From: Candidatus Omnitrophota bacterium
GTDB lineage: Bacteria > Omnitrophota > Gorgyraeia > Zapsychrales > Fredricksoniimonadaceae
NCBI GenBank assembly: GCA_015234065.1
Contig: JADFWS010000002.1
Span: forward strand, 1-39,817
Length of the DNA stretch: 39,817 nucleotides
Direction of reading: 5' to 3'
Position 1 is the stretch's first letter. The number at the start of each line of letters is the position of its first letter. Under the pieces are notes generated by a model, which was not told the origin of the DNA, did no database searches, and was given only the letters and a program-made list of their open reading frames with translations. This document shows positions 1 to 8,447 of this stretch, one piece after another. Made by a program: the position numbers and the translations under genes.

Positions 1-145
1 CGCTCACCAGGCCTTTTTTAATAATGGCCTCGTCAAACGAGATCCCCTGCGCATGCTGGAACGCGACCACGGCGTCGATATCCGCCTGGGCCACATCCGG
101 CAGTTGCAACAGCGCGTTAATGATCCTCTCGCGTACAGTTAACAT
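1..145 (-). CDS. N-terminal fragment of a protein opening with a GspE-N/MshEN-like helical module; the gene runs off the window edge
   Basis: Hand translation of the reverse complement: ATG at 143-145, then MLTVRERIINALLQLPDVAQADIDAVVAFQHAQGISFDEAIIKKGLVS. It starts 2 nt after the pilB-like stop (148-150). It is too short to appear in the ORF track. Confidence 0.4.
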   Translation of the reverse strand, partial: MLTVRERIINALLQLPDVAQADIDAVVAFQHAQGISFDEAIIKKGLVS

Positions 146-147
146 AT

Positions 148-1872
148 TTATTTTTCGTCCTGCGCGGTCACGCGCACTACTTCTTCAAGCGACGTCAGCC
201 CCTGGGCCGCCTTGACAACCGCATCCTCACGCATCGTCCGCATCCCTTCCGCACGCGCCATGGCCTTGATCTGAAGCTCCCCGGCCTGCGAAAGCACAAG
301 TTTTCGGATCGACGGTGACAGAACCAGGACTTCCGTGATCCCGATGCGCCCGCCGTAACCGCTGCCCATGCAATTCGGGCAACCTTTTCCGCGATAGAAT
401 AAAAGATCCTTCCCGGGCATGATCCTGCCGATCGCAAGCTTATCGTAGAGCGTCTGCGTGATCCGGACCTCTTCCTTGCAATGCCCGCATATTTTACGCA
501 ACAGCCGCTGCGCCACAAAACAGTTCACCGCCGAGCAGATCAAGAACGGCTCGATGCCCATATTCGCCATGCGCACAACAGAACCGGCGGCCGTCGTTGT
601 ATGCAGGGAACTCAACACCAGATGCCCGGTCAGCGCCGCCTTGACCCCGATATCCAGCGTTTCGGAATCGCGGATCTCGCCGATCATGATGACATCCGGA
701 TCCTGGCGCAAGATCGAGCGCAGGGTGGCTGTGAACGTGAGGCCGACTTCAAAACGGATATTCACCTGGTTCAAGCCCTTCATCTGGTATTCGACCGGAT
801 CTTCGACCGTCACGATATTCTTGCCCGGCGAATCAATATGTTTCAACACCGAATACAGCGTCGTTGTCTTGCCGCTTCCCGTCGGGCCGCAGACCAGGAT
901 CATGCCGTGAGGGCGACTCGCGCATTCCTTGAGCCGCGCCAAGGGCTCAGGCTCGAATCCCAGTTTTTCAATATCCACCTTGCCCTGATTCTTGTCGAGC
1001 ACGCGCAAGACCACTTTCTCCCCGTATGCCGTGGGCAGCACATTCACGCGAAAATCCACTTCCTTCCCGCCCTCGAGCACGGTCTTGAAACGTCCGTCCT
1101 GCGGCAGGCGATGCTCGGAAATATCCAGATTGGAAACAACCTTGATGCGCGACACGATGGGAAAATGCAGGGCCTTGGACATGCGGTCGATCTCGCGCAG
1201 GATGCCATCGACACGATAGCGGATGCGCAGCATCTTCTCGAGAGGCTCGATGAACACATCGCTCGCCTTGGCCAGGACCGCCTGGCGCACGATCGTATTC
1301 GTCAGGCGAATGATCGGGGCCTCCTGCGTCAGATGCTCGATATCTTTCGTATCGAGCTTGTCTGCACCCTCACTCACAAGCTCGACTTCTTCAGCTTCTT
1401 TGATATCCCGGACGATCTTCTTGAATGAGTCTTCGGTCTGCGGCGCAGAATATTGTTCGATGGCATCACGAATATCGCGCGGCCGGCCGATGATCGGCGT
1501 GATCGTAAGCCCTGTGAGCGCCTTCACATTGTCGATCACAAGCACATTCAACGGATCCGCCATCGCCAGCGCCAGATTATCACCGAGGCGGGACACCGGA
1601 AGGATCTGATATTTTTTCAAGACATCCGCCGGAAGCATGGCCGCGACGGCGGGATCAACCTTCAGCCGGGAAATGTTAATCACCGGAAGGTTCAGGCCCT
1701 CGCTTAAAATGAACGCCAGTTGCTCTTCCTGAAGAAGGCCCATCCGGATCAGAATACGCGAGAGCTCTCCGCCGGACTTTTCCTGCTCTTCAAGGGCGCG
1801 CGCCAGGTCCTCGGGCCTGAGGATCTTCTCGCGCAAAAGAATATCTTTAATACGCTCTTTTAATGTTGCCAT
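148..1872 (-). CDS. pilB: Type IV pilus assembly / type II secretion ATPase (GspE/PilB family)
   Basis: 574-aa ORF with Walker A GPTGSGKTTT, the tetracysteine pair CGHC...CPNC and an N-terminal GspE-N module (LALAMADPLN). It shares a 1-nt stop/start overlap (TGATG) with the upstream gene. Confidence 0.9.
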   Translation of the reverse strand: MATLKERIKDILLREKILRPEDLARALEEQEKSGGELSRILIRMGLLQEEQLAFILSEGLNLPVINISRLKVDPAVAAMLPADVLKKYQILPVSRLGDNLALAMADPLNVLVIDNVKALTGLTITPIIGRPRDIRDAIEQYSAPQTEDSFKKIVRDIKEAEEVELVSEGADKLDTKDIEHLTQEAPIIRLTNTIVRQAVLAKASDVFIEPLEKMLRIRYRVDGILREIDRMSKALHFPIVSRIKVVSNLDISEHRLPQDGRFKTVLEGGKEVDFRVNVLPTAYGEKVVLRVLDKNQGKVDIEKLGFEPEPLARLKECASRPHGMILVCGPTGSGKTTTLYSVLKHIDSPGKNIVTVEDPVEYQMKGLNQVNIRFEVGLTFTATLRSILRQDPDVIMIGEIRDSETLDIGVKAALTGHLVLSSLHTTTAAGSVVRMANMGIEPFLICSAVNCFVAQRLLRKICGHCKEEVRITQTLYDKLAIGRIMPGKDLLFYRGKGCPNCMGSGYGGRIGITEVLVLSPSIRKLVLSQAGELQIKAMARAEGMRTMREDAVVKAAQGLTSLEEVVRVTAQDEK

Positions 1873-2321
1873 CAGGAAGAATGATAATATTTTTGAATGG
1901 CCGCGCGGACATCCCGCGTGGTGCTAACAAACGCCTGGACCGAACAACCGGATAAAAGCTCAACATCTTCGACCGCCTTGACATTAAGCGGATTCGCCAT
2001 GGCCAAGGTCAAACTGCGGCCGATCTTATCAACGGGGATCAAACAAAACTGCGCGCAGATATTCGCCGGAACAAGCCGCAAGACTTCCTGGTCGATCTCA
2101 TAGGCAGCAAGCGGCAGATACGGAAAGCCGTATTGACAGGTGAGCGCCTGGGCGATGTCTTCTTCGCTGGCATACTTCATCTGTACCAGCGCCTCGCCGA
2201 ACAGAAGTCCAGGCCGGCCTTTTTGATACAGGAGAGCCTCGTTCAGCTGGGCCGTATTAATGACCCCGCGCTCGATAAGAAGTTCACCCAACTGCTTTTT
2301 GGACGTACGTTCAAAATGCAT
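1872..2321 (-). CDS. Stand-alone GspE-N (T2SSE_N / MshEN-type) domain protein
   Basis: 149-aa ORF made only of this domain. It contains QLGELLIERGVINTAQLNEALLYQ and LFGEALVQMKYASEEDIAQALTCQ, followed by LTLAMANPLN, as in PilB N-domains. Confidence 0.75.
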   Translation of the reverse strand: MHFERTSKKQLGELLIERGVINTAQLNEALLYQKGRPGLLFGEALVQMKYASEEDIAQALTCQYGFPYLPLAAYEIDQEVLRLVPANICAQFCLIPVDKIGRSLTLAMANPLNVKAVEDVELLSGCSVQAFVSTTRDVRAAIQKYYHSS

Positions 2322-2346
2322 AAATGTATTACTATTAGTTTATTTT

Positions 2347-2375
2347 AATATAACGAGCGTTCGAAGGTTTGTCAA
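2347..2375 (-). promoter_or_regulatory. Sigma70-like promoter for the MshEN-pilB operon
   Basis: On the minus strand: TTGACA (2370-2375), an exact 17-nt spacer, then TATATT (2347-2352). It lies about 25 nt upstream of the ATG at 2321 and downstream of the rodA hairpin. Confidence 0.55.
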
Positions 2376-2502
2376 CGTGAGGGAATAATTACTCTGCACT
2401 GCTTTGTCTAATGAATCCCGAGAAGTTCCGGCACTTTTAAATATAATTTGCCACCCACGAAACAATCACCCAAACGCCTCCCTGAAGAACTTGATGAAAG
2501 AT

Positions 2503-2541
2503 CAACAACCGCCATAACCCCGGAGGTTATGGCGGTTGTTG
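2503..2541 (-). terminator. 39-nt perfect palindromic hairpin (17-bp stem, 5-nt loop) just after the rodA stop; putative terminator and member of a repeat pair
   Basis: caacaaccgccataacc-ccgga-ggttatggcggttgttg. There is no clean U-tract. A near-identical copy lies at 22683-22721. Confidence 0.5.
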
Positions 2542-2546
2542 CGCTG

Positions 2547-3653
2547 TTATAACGAGCGCTTTTGGCTGATATTCAGAAGAAATCCCATCATGATCATAAA
2601 GACGAGAAAAGACGTGCGGCCGTAGCTGATGAGAGGCAGCGTGATACCAACCACCGGGCTCAGGCCCATGGTCATGGACATATTGATCACAACCTGCAGT
2701 GCCAGGATCGAGACGATCCCGGCCACCACAAGATACCCGAATTTATCTTTAAGCTTACCCGCGATCTCGATCGCAGTATAGATCAACACAAAATAACACA
2801 CAAGCAGCGCCATCGCGCCCAGGAATCCCCACTCTTCCCCGATCACGGAAAAAATAAAATCTGTATGCCGTTCAGGAAGAAAATTCAGCTGATTCTGCGT
2901 TCCGGCAAGCCAGCCTTTGCCCCATAACTGCCCGGACCCGATCGCGATCTTCGATTGAATGATCGTATATCCTGCGCCTAAAGGATCAATATTCGGATTC
3001 ATGAATACCAGCAGGCGGTCTTTCTGATAATCCTTTAAAAGATGCCAGCCCACCGGCACAAAGGCCAGGCACGTTCCGACAAAGATCAGGAACGGCTTGC
3101 GGTCGATCCCGCTCGCATAAAGCATCACGACAAAAATACCAAACACCAGAATGCCGCTGCCCAAGTCCGGCTGTTTAAAGATCAGCACAAACGACAACAG
3201 CATTAAAAAGAACGGATAGACCAAGTCCCGGCAAAGGGCATAAAATGAACTGCGAAAATTAAACGAAAGTTTGGGGTTGCGCGTGCTGAAATAACGCCCG
3301 AGCATGAGGATGACCGCGATCTTGGACAACTCCGACGGTTGGAAGCTGAACCCGAAAATATTGAACCAGCGCGTGGCGCCAAGAGCCGAACGCCCGACCA
3401 GCAAAACCGCCAGCAAAAAAAAGAGGTTTATGCCGTAAAAGACATATGCCCCTTCAAAGAAATGCCGGTAATTCATCCGGCCCAGAAAATACATGATCGC
3501 AATACCGGCACCCGCACAATAAAGCTGATCATAAAAAACCTGGTGCGACACGCGGACATTGTCGTACGACGCGCTATAAAGCGTTATCAGCCCTGCCCCG
3601 ATGATCAGGAGCGTGAATGTCCAAATAGTGCGCGGGTAGGACGGCTGGGTCAT
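2547..3653 (-). CDS. rodA: SEDS-family peptidoglycan glycosyltransferase (RodA/FtsW family), probably RodA
   Basis: 368-aa polytopic membrane ORF with family-typical motifs FQPSELSKIA, DLGSGIL, SGQLWGKG and PERHTDFIFSVIGEEWGF. Confidence 0.85.
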   Translation of the reverse strand: MTQPSYPRTIWTFTLLIIGAGLITLYSASYDNVRVSHQVFYDQLYCAGAGIAIMYFLGRMNYRHFFEGAYVFYGINLFFLLAVLLVGRSALGATRWFNIFGFSFQPSELSKIAVILMLGRYFSTRNPKLSFNFRSSFYALCRDLVYPFFLMLLSFVLIFKQPDLGSGILVFGIFVVMLYASGIDRKPFLIFVGTCLAFVPVGWHLLKDYQKDRLLVFMNPNIDPLGAGYTIIQSKIAIGSGQLWGKGWLAGTQNQLNFLPERHTDFIFSVIGEEWGFLGAMALLVCYFVLIYTAIEIAGKLKDKFGYLVVAGIVSILALQVVINMSMTMGLSPVVGITLPLISYGRTSFLVFMIMMGFLLNISQKRSL

Positions 3654-3659
3654 GCGGGG

Positions 3660-3881
3660 TCACTGTTTTTCCCAGGGCCAGGGGCATTGATATTTGCACG
3701 CGATCTCGGGATACGGCGTCTTCACACGCTTCAGGCAGGCCGCCTTGCAGCGAAAATTCTCCACAATCGGAACAAGCACAAACATAAGAACGATCACAAC
3801 CAAAAGGACTTTTCTCTGCCGATCCGATAAGAACGGCTTTTTTTGGTCTTTATTCTTCTTATCTTCTTTTTTTCTTTTCAT
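3660..3881 (-). CDS. Small single-pass membrane protein with a Lys-rich N-terminus and a twin-CX3C C-terminal tail
   Basis: 73-aa ORF that fills the gap between the Memo-AMMECR1 stop (3891) and the rodA start (3653). It has a TM segment VLLVVIVLMFVLVPIV and a tail with CKAAC...12 aa...CKYQC. No clear SD is present. Confidence 0.5.
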   Translation of the reverse strand: MKRKKEDKKNKDQKKPFLSDRQRKVLLVVIVLMFVLVPIVENFRCKAACLKRVKTPYPEIACKYQCPWPWEKQ

Positions 3882-3890
3882 CCCGAATAC

Positions 3891-5363
3891 CTATTCCTTT
3901 TCCCCGAACACGTCGGCTGTAAATATCTCGATCGTTGTGAGCGGATCCTTCCAGCACTCCGGCGGAAGCCCTGCTTTCTGCGCGCAGAGTTCACTCATGA
4001 ACCGCTCTTTGGACCAACCTGTTTCTGTCGCAACCTGCGGCAAGAACACCCCGCCTTTGCGGCCCTGACGAACAATAACGCCATGTGTCCCAAGCACGAT
4101 CTCATCCGCCCGCGCCAATCGCGGCCTGGACAGGACTGAAACTTCCACGTCAATATCGTTAAGCTCATCCGCGGTCACCGGATTAAACCGCGGATCCTCA
4201 CTCGCCGCCGCCACAGCCATAGCACGCACCGTTTTAAACAACGGGCCCTGGCCCATAATATTCCCGATGCACCCGCGCAACTGCCCCTGTTTGGTGAGCG
4301 TCACGAACGCGCCCTCTTCGACGGACAGCCGCGCGTCGTCCTCATCCACGGCCGGCGCCTTGCCTGTCCGCACAAACGCATCAAGCGCCGTGCGCGCAAT
4401 ATGTACCAGGCGTTTTCTCTGCGCCATACTAAGAGGCTGGATCCCGGGAACCGTTCGGTCGCGATACATCATGATCGACGCATACCCGACCACACTGGAA
4501 AGGTCTTTGGTCACATCCGCCGAGGTCGCATGCCGCAAAACCTTCGCCTTATTAAATCCGCGCGCCTTGGCATACATCATGGCCGTCGCCACCACATGAA
4601 ACCCGTCCACTTCCATGCGTCCGTCCTGATGCCCCTGCCACAGCGCATCAATATCCATGGCCTCGATCGCATTCAGGCCAACCTGATCGATCGCGCGCGC
4701 TTCCTTATCCGAATGAAAATGCGACTGGTCCACGCTTACATCAACAAGCACATCATCACGGTCACCAACCGCCAGCGCCAGCGCTTGCGCCATGGACTTA
4801 AGCACATCCGGCTCCGGCGGAAATCCCAAAATGACCGGAACGATCTTTGCCTCCGGAAAAACTTTCTGGATAAGCGGGATCTGGGTCTCGACCGAATTCT
4901 CTGCGCGGCCCGGGATCCCCGTAAACACATCCTGACGGAACGAAAATCGCTTGTCCGCGGCCAGGATCTTTTGCGCCAGGGCCGTGTCGACGGCCGCCAC
5001 ACCCAGCGGCGTTTCAAACCCGCCCTCACTCCACACCGCGGCGCCTTTAAACGAAATATGATGCGACGGCGCCAGAATAATGACCGTCGAAACCTTCTTG
5101 TTCGCCGCCGCGGCCTTAAAGCCATACGCCGCGACCGGGGCCGAGAACACATAGCCGGCATGCGGAGACACAATGACCGCGATATCCGCGTTCACCGGAA
5201 CATCCTTGACGGCCGCCAGATCCTGATCCAGCATGGACGACAATTCAGCCTGGCTCCCCGGATACCAGCTCCCGGCAAGCCCGGCGGATTTAATATTATT
5301 GTCGCCGCGCGCAAACGCTGTCATCGCCATAAGAATTATTAAACCGGACCAGAAGCTTTTCAT
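3891..5363 (-). CDS. Memo-like (AmmeMemoRadiSam protein B) / AMMECR1 (protein A) fusion with a predicted N-terminal signal peptide
   Basis: 490-aa ORF. N-terminus is MKSFWSGLIILMAMTAFA|RG. Memo motifs are AGSWYPG, SPHAGY, APSHH and DQSHFH. The AMMECR1 motif is LRGCIGN. The start shares 1 nt (TAATG) with the upstream stop. Confidence 0.85.
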   Translation of the reverse strand: MKSFWSGLIILMAMTAFARGDNNIKSAGLAGSWYPGSQAELSSMLDQDLAAVKDVPVNADIAVIVSPHAGYVFSAPVAAYGFKAAAANKKVSTVIILAPSHHISFKGAAVWSEGGFETPLGVAAVDTALAQKILAADKRFSFRQDVFTGIPGRAENSVETQIPLIQKVFPEAKIVPVILGFPPEPDVLKSMAQALALAVGDRDDVLVDVSVDQSHFHSDKEARAIDQVGLNAIEAMDIDALWQGHQDGRMEVDGFHVVATAMMYAKARGFNKAKVLRHATSADVTKDLSSVVGYASIMMYRDRTVPGIQPLSMAQRKRLVHIARTALDAFVRTGKAPAVDEDDARLSVEEGAFVTLTKQGQLRGCIGNIMGQGPLFKTVRAMAVAAASEDPRFNPVTADELNDIDVEVSVLSRPRLARADEIVLGTHGVIVRQGRKGGVFLPQVATETGWSKERFMSELCAQKAGLPPECWKDPLTTIEIFTADVFGEKE

Positions 5364-5812
5364 TAATTTTTACCATACAACATATCCAGGCTCCACGCAG
5401 ACGCCTTTGTCCTGTTCTTCAAACATAAAAACGCCGTCAGAAACATCGCCAGATCGAGAAAGAATACGCCCTGAAGCGGCCAATGGACCAGATTGCCGAA
5501 ACACCCGCAATCATTGATCGGCAGTTTGCGGATGATCGCCTGCCCCACCACGATCATCAGCGCGCCATTAAGAAGCATCGACGCGCGCAGCACCCAAACG
5601 AGCCACAACCCGGTTATCATAAAAATACCGGTTAAAAGTTCAAACCAGGGAAAAGCCGCAGCTATAAAAGCTTCGCTGCCGGAAGGGACTATTTTGTACG
5701 CCTGAAGGACATAGATAAAGTTCTCGACCGGGGAGGCGGCCTTCTCAACCCCGGAAACAATAAAGATCCCGCCAAGAATAATCCTGAGGATCAAAAAAAC
5801 ATTAATGGACAT
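5363..5812 (-). CDS. MauE/DoxX-family redox-associated membrane protein
   Basis: 149-aa ORF with four hydrophobic segments and a CGC motif (NDCGCFGN). It overlaps the DsbA-like gene by 11 nt. Confidence 0.7.
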   Translation of the reverse strand: MSINVFLILRIILGGIFIVSGVEKAASPVENFIYVLQAYKIVPSGSEAFIAAAFPWFELLTGIFMITGLWLVWVLRASMLLNGALMIVVGQAIIRKLPINDCGCFGNLVHWPLQGVFFLDLAMFLTAFLCLKNRTKASAWSLDMLYGKN

Positions 5813-6422
5813 GGCCTTCCACCACCTCTGTCAGCAACTTGCGGAAATTTTCGCCGCCAACCGCCATCTTGCCGTTCACCACAAAAGACGGCGTCGCACT
5901 GATCCCAATATCTTTTCCCTCTTCCATATTGCGAAGGATATGACCTTCGGTCAAAGGATTCTTCAGGCAGAATTCGAGGCGCTTGCCGTCCATGCCGAGC
6001 GACGCGGCCAGGCCGGTCAAATATTCATCCGGCGACCCAAGCGTACCCCAGCTTGTCTGGGTCTTGAACAGGACATCATGCATGGGCCAGAATTTCCCCT
6101 GCTCGGACGCGCACTCCGCGAACGCGGCGGCCCGGCGGGCATTCTTATGCATGGGCAACGGAAAATACTTCATTTCAAAATGGACCTTGTTGCCGTACTT
6201 CTTTAGCTCTTCGTCAACAACGCCCGATGCCTTGGCACAGGCAGGGCATTGAAAATCCGTATATTCGATGATCTCAACCTTGGATTTCGGATCTCCTTTT
6301 AAATGATTGAGATCATGCGTCACCTTTTTCGTCGGCGGCGCGACATGCCCTTTGGCAACCGCCATCACAACCGCGGCAACCGCCAGGATCAATGCAGTCA
6401 GAAGAATCTTTGAAACTTTCAC
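5802..6422 (-). CDS. DsbA-family thiol:disulfide oxidoreductase (thioredoxin fold, membrane-anchored or exported)
   Basis: 206-aa ORF with a GTG start preceded by GGGAGG, an N-terminal hydrophobic anchor and a CPAC active site (YTDFQCPACAKA). Confidence 0.85.
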   Translation of the reverse strand: MKVSKILLTALILAVAAVVMAVAKGHVAPPTKKVTHDLNHLKGDPKSKVEIIEYTDFQCPACAKASGVVDEELKKYGNKVHFEMKYFPLPMHKNARRAAAFAECASEQGKFWPMHDVLFKTQTSWGTLGSPDEYLTGLAASLGMDGKRLEFCLKNPLTEGHILRNMEEGKDIGISATPSFVVNGKMAVGGENFRKLLTEVVEGHVH

Positions 6423-6434
6423 AAAACCTCCCTG

Positions 6435-8048
6435 TTACACCGTCGGCCCGAACGCCACCAGCCGCTTGGCAGCCGGATCATCTTCAAACTTCTTGAAGTT
6501 CTTCACGAACATGGCTCCCAAATTACGGCAAGCCGTGTCATATTCCGCCTTATCCGCCCAACAATTCCGCGGATTAAGAAGTTTGCTGTCCACGCCTGTC
6601 ACTTTTTTAGGCAGTTCCACATTAAAGATCGGCATGATCTCGTGCTCCGCCCGATCAAGTTCGCCGTTAAGGATCGCGTCAATGATCGCGCGCGTCTGGA
6701 CAATGTCCATGCGATACCCGACGCCATATTTCCCGGCAACCCATCCGGTGTTGACCGCGTACGCCGTGGCCCCATGCTCCGCCATCTTTGCGGCCAGGAT
6801 CTTGGCATAATGGATCGGGTGCAGCGCTAAAAACGCCTGCCCGAAACACGACGAAAATGTTGCCTGCGGTTCGGTCACGCCAAGCTCGGTGCCGGCAAGT
6901 TTGGCCGTATACCCGCTTAGAAAATGATACATCGCCTGTTCCTTGCTCAACCTGGCCACCGGAGGCAAGACGCCGTAAGCATCACAGGAGAGAAAAATGA
7001 TCTTGGTCGGATGCCCGCCGCGGGACACCGGCGTCACAATATTCTGGATATGATCGATCGGATACGACGCGCGCGTATTTTCGGTCTTTTTCTCGGATTC
7101 GAAATCAATGCGCCCTTTGTCGTCGAGCATTAAATTCTCGAGGATAGCATTGCGCTTGATCGCATGATAAATATCCGGCTCTTTTTCCTTCGAGAGGTTG
7201 ATACACTTGGCGTAACACCCGCCTTCGAAATTGAACACGCCGGCATTGTCCCAGCCATGCTCGTCATCGCCAATCAGCTTGCGCTTGGGGTCCGCGGAAA
7301 GCGTCGTCTTACCAGTGCCGGAAAGCCCGAAGAACAGCGCGGTATCGCCCTTATCCCCCATGTTCGCCGAACAATGGAACGACCCTACGCCTTTTAACGG
7401 CAGGAAATAATTCATCATCGTGAATATTCCCTTCTTGATCTCACCACCGTACCACGTGCCGCCAATACAGGTCATACGCTCGGCAATGTTAAATGCGCCG
7501 AACACTTCTGTCCGCAGGCCGTACTTTTGAAAATCCTTGCAGGATGTTTTACAGGCATTCAGGACGACCCAATCCGGCTTGAAATTCTTGAGCTCAGCAT
7601 CCGTCGGGCGGATGAACATATTCTTAAAGAAATGCGCCATCCAGGCGATCTCGGTCACAAGGCGCACCGCGATGCGCGTATCCGCATTCGTGCCGCAAAA
7701 ACCGTCCATCACATACAATTTCTTGCCCGAAAGCTGCGCGACCGAAAGCCCCTTCACATGCTGCCACGCCTCAGGCGTCATGCGCCGGTTATCCGACCCA
7801 TTATCCGAAGCCGCCCACCAGACATTCTTATTCGATGACGGCTCATCCACGAAATACTTGTCCTTGGGAGAACGTCCGGTATATTTCCCGGTATCCACAT
7901 TGACCGCGCCAAGCTCGGTCACAACCCCGCGGGCATTGCCCTCGAGTGACGGATCGGTCTCGTGCTTGAAGAATTCATCGTACGAAAGATTGTACTGAAT
8001 GTCCGTAACGCCGGTGATGCCGAGCTGTGCGAGATACCCCTTAAGCAT
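6435..8048 (-). CDS. pckA: Phosphoenolpyruvate carboxykinase (ATP)
   Basis: 537-aa ORF with [13 protein letters not shown], the kinase-1a motif [11 protein letters not shown] and [18 protein letters not shown] precedes the ATG. Confidence 0.95.
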   Translation of the reverse strand: MLKGYLAQLGITGVTDIQYNLSYDEFFKHETDPSLEGNARGVVTELGAVNVDTGKYTGRSPKDKYFVDEPSSNKNVWWAASDNGSDNRRMTPEAWQHVKGLSVAQLSGKKLYVMDGFCGTNADTRIAVRLVTEIAWMAHFFKNMFIRPTDAELKNFKPDWVVLNACKTSCKDFQKYGLRTEVFGAFNIAERMTCIGGTWYGGEIKKGIFTMMNYFLPLKGVGSFHCSANMGDKGDTALFFGLSGTGKTTLSADPKRKLIGDDEHGWDNAGVFNFEGGCYAKCINLSKEKEPDIYHAIKRNAILENLMLDDKGRIDFESEKKTENTRASYPIDHIQNIVTPVSRGGHPTKIIFLSCDAYGVLPPVARLSKEQAMYHFLSGYTAKLAGTELGVTEPQATFSSCFGQAFLALHPIHYAKILAAKMAEHGATAYAVNTGWVAGKYGVGYRMDIVQTRAIIDAILNGELDRAEHEIMPIFNVELPKKVTGVDSKLLNPRNCWADKAEYDTACRNLGAMFVKNFKKFEDDPAAKRLVAFGPTV

Positions 8049-8061
8049 GTACTCCCCCTGA

Positions 8062-8427
8062 TTAATACGGTTTAACGTATTGATGCACCTTTAACAAAAG
8101 ATCCTTATGCGTGATGGGCTTGACAATATAATCCTGCACGCCTTCCGCCCGGAATATCTCTTCCATGGAATCGCGCGACGTAAGGACAATGATCGGCACA
8201 TGCGCGCCGTGGCCGTGCTTTTTCAATTCGAAAATGAACGAATAGCCGCTCATCTTTGGCATCTGAATATCCAGGATGATCAGATCCGGCCGTTCGCGCT
8301 CAATGTGGGCGAGCGCTTCATCCCCGTCATAGGCCTGAAGGACGCGAAAGCCGCCGTCCTGAAGGAATTTTGTGACCCCGTGCACGAGCGTACGGTCATC
8401 ATCAGCGACGAGAATAGTCTTTGTCAT
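8062..8427 (-). CDS. Stand-alone response-regulator receiver (CheY-like)
   Basis: 121-aa ORF with the acidic pocket DDD, phospho-acceptor ILDIQMP, VLTSR and VKP all present. It has no output domain. Confidence 0.9.
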   Translation of the reverse strand: MTKTILVADDDRTLVHGVTKFLQDGGFRVLQAYDGDEALAHIERERPDLIILDIQMPKMSGYSFIFELKKHGHGAHVPIIVLTSRDSMEEIFRAEGVQDYIVKPITHKDLLLKVHQYVKPY

Positions 8428-8447
8428 AACGGCTCCCGGTTAAACCC

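Noticed and set aside
481-1428. Long plus-strand ORFs throughout the window, for example 481..1428, 4401..5342, 11052..11594, 17744..18307, 29335..30336, 31320..32144, 33150..33791 and 34985..35911.
   Set aside because: Each lies antisense to a minus-strand gene with clear family motifs. Their products are Arg/His/Pro-rich low-complexity strings with no motifs, which is typical of shadow ORFs in GC-rich coding DNA.
4736-5173. 145-aa Arg-rich minus-strand ORF inside the Memo-AMMECR1 gene. Similar nested ORFs occur at 195..518, 9088..9333, 10984..11274, 13749..14096, 26312..26674 and 31671..31958.
   Set aside because: These are alternative frames of well-supported genes, with highly biased Arg/Ser/Pro composition and no motifs.
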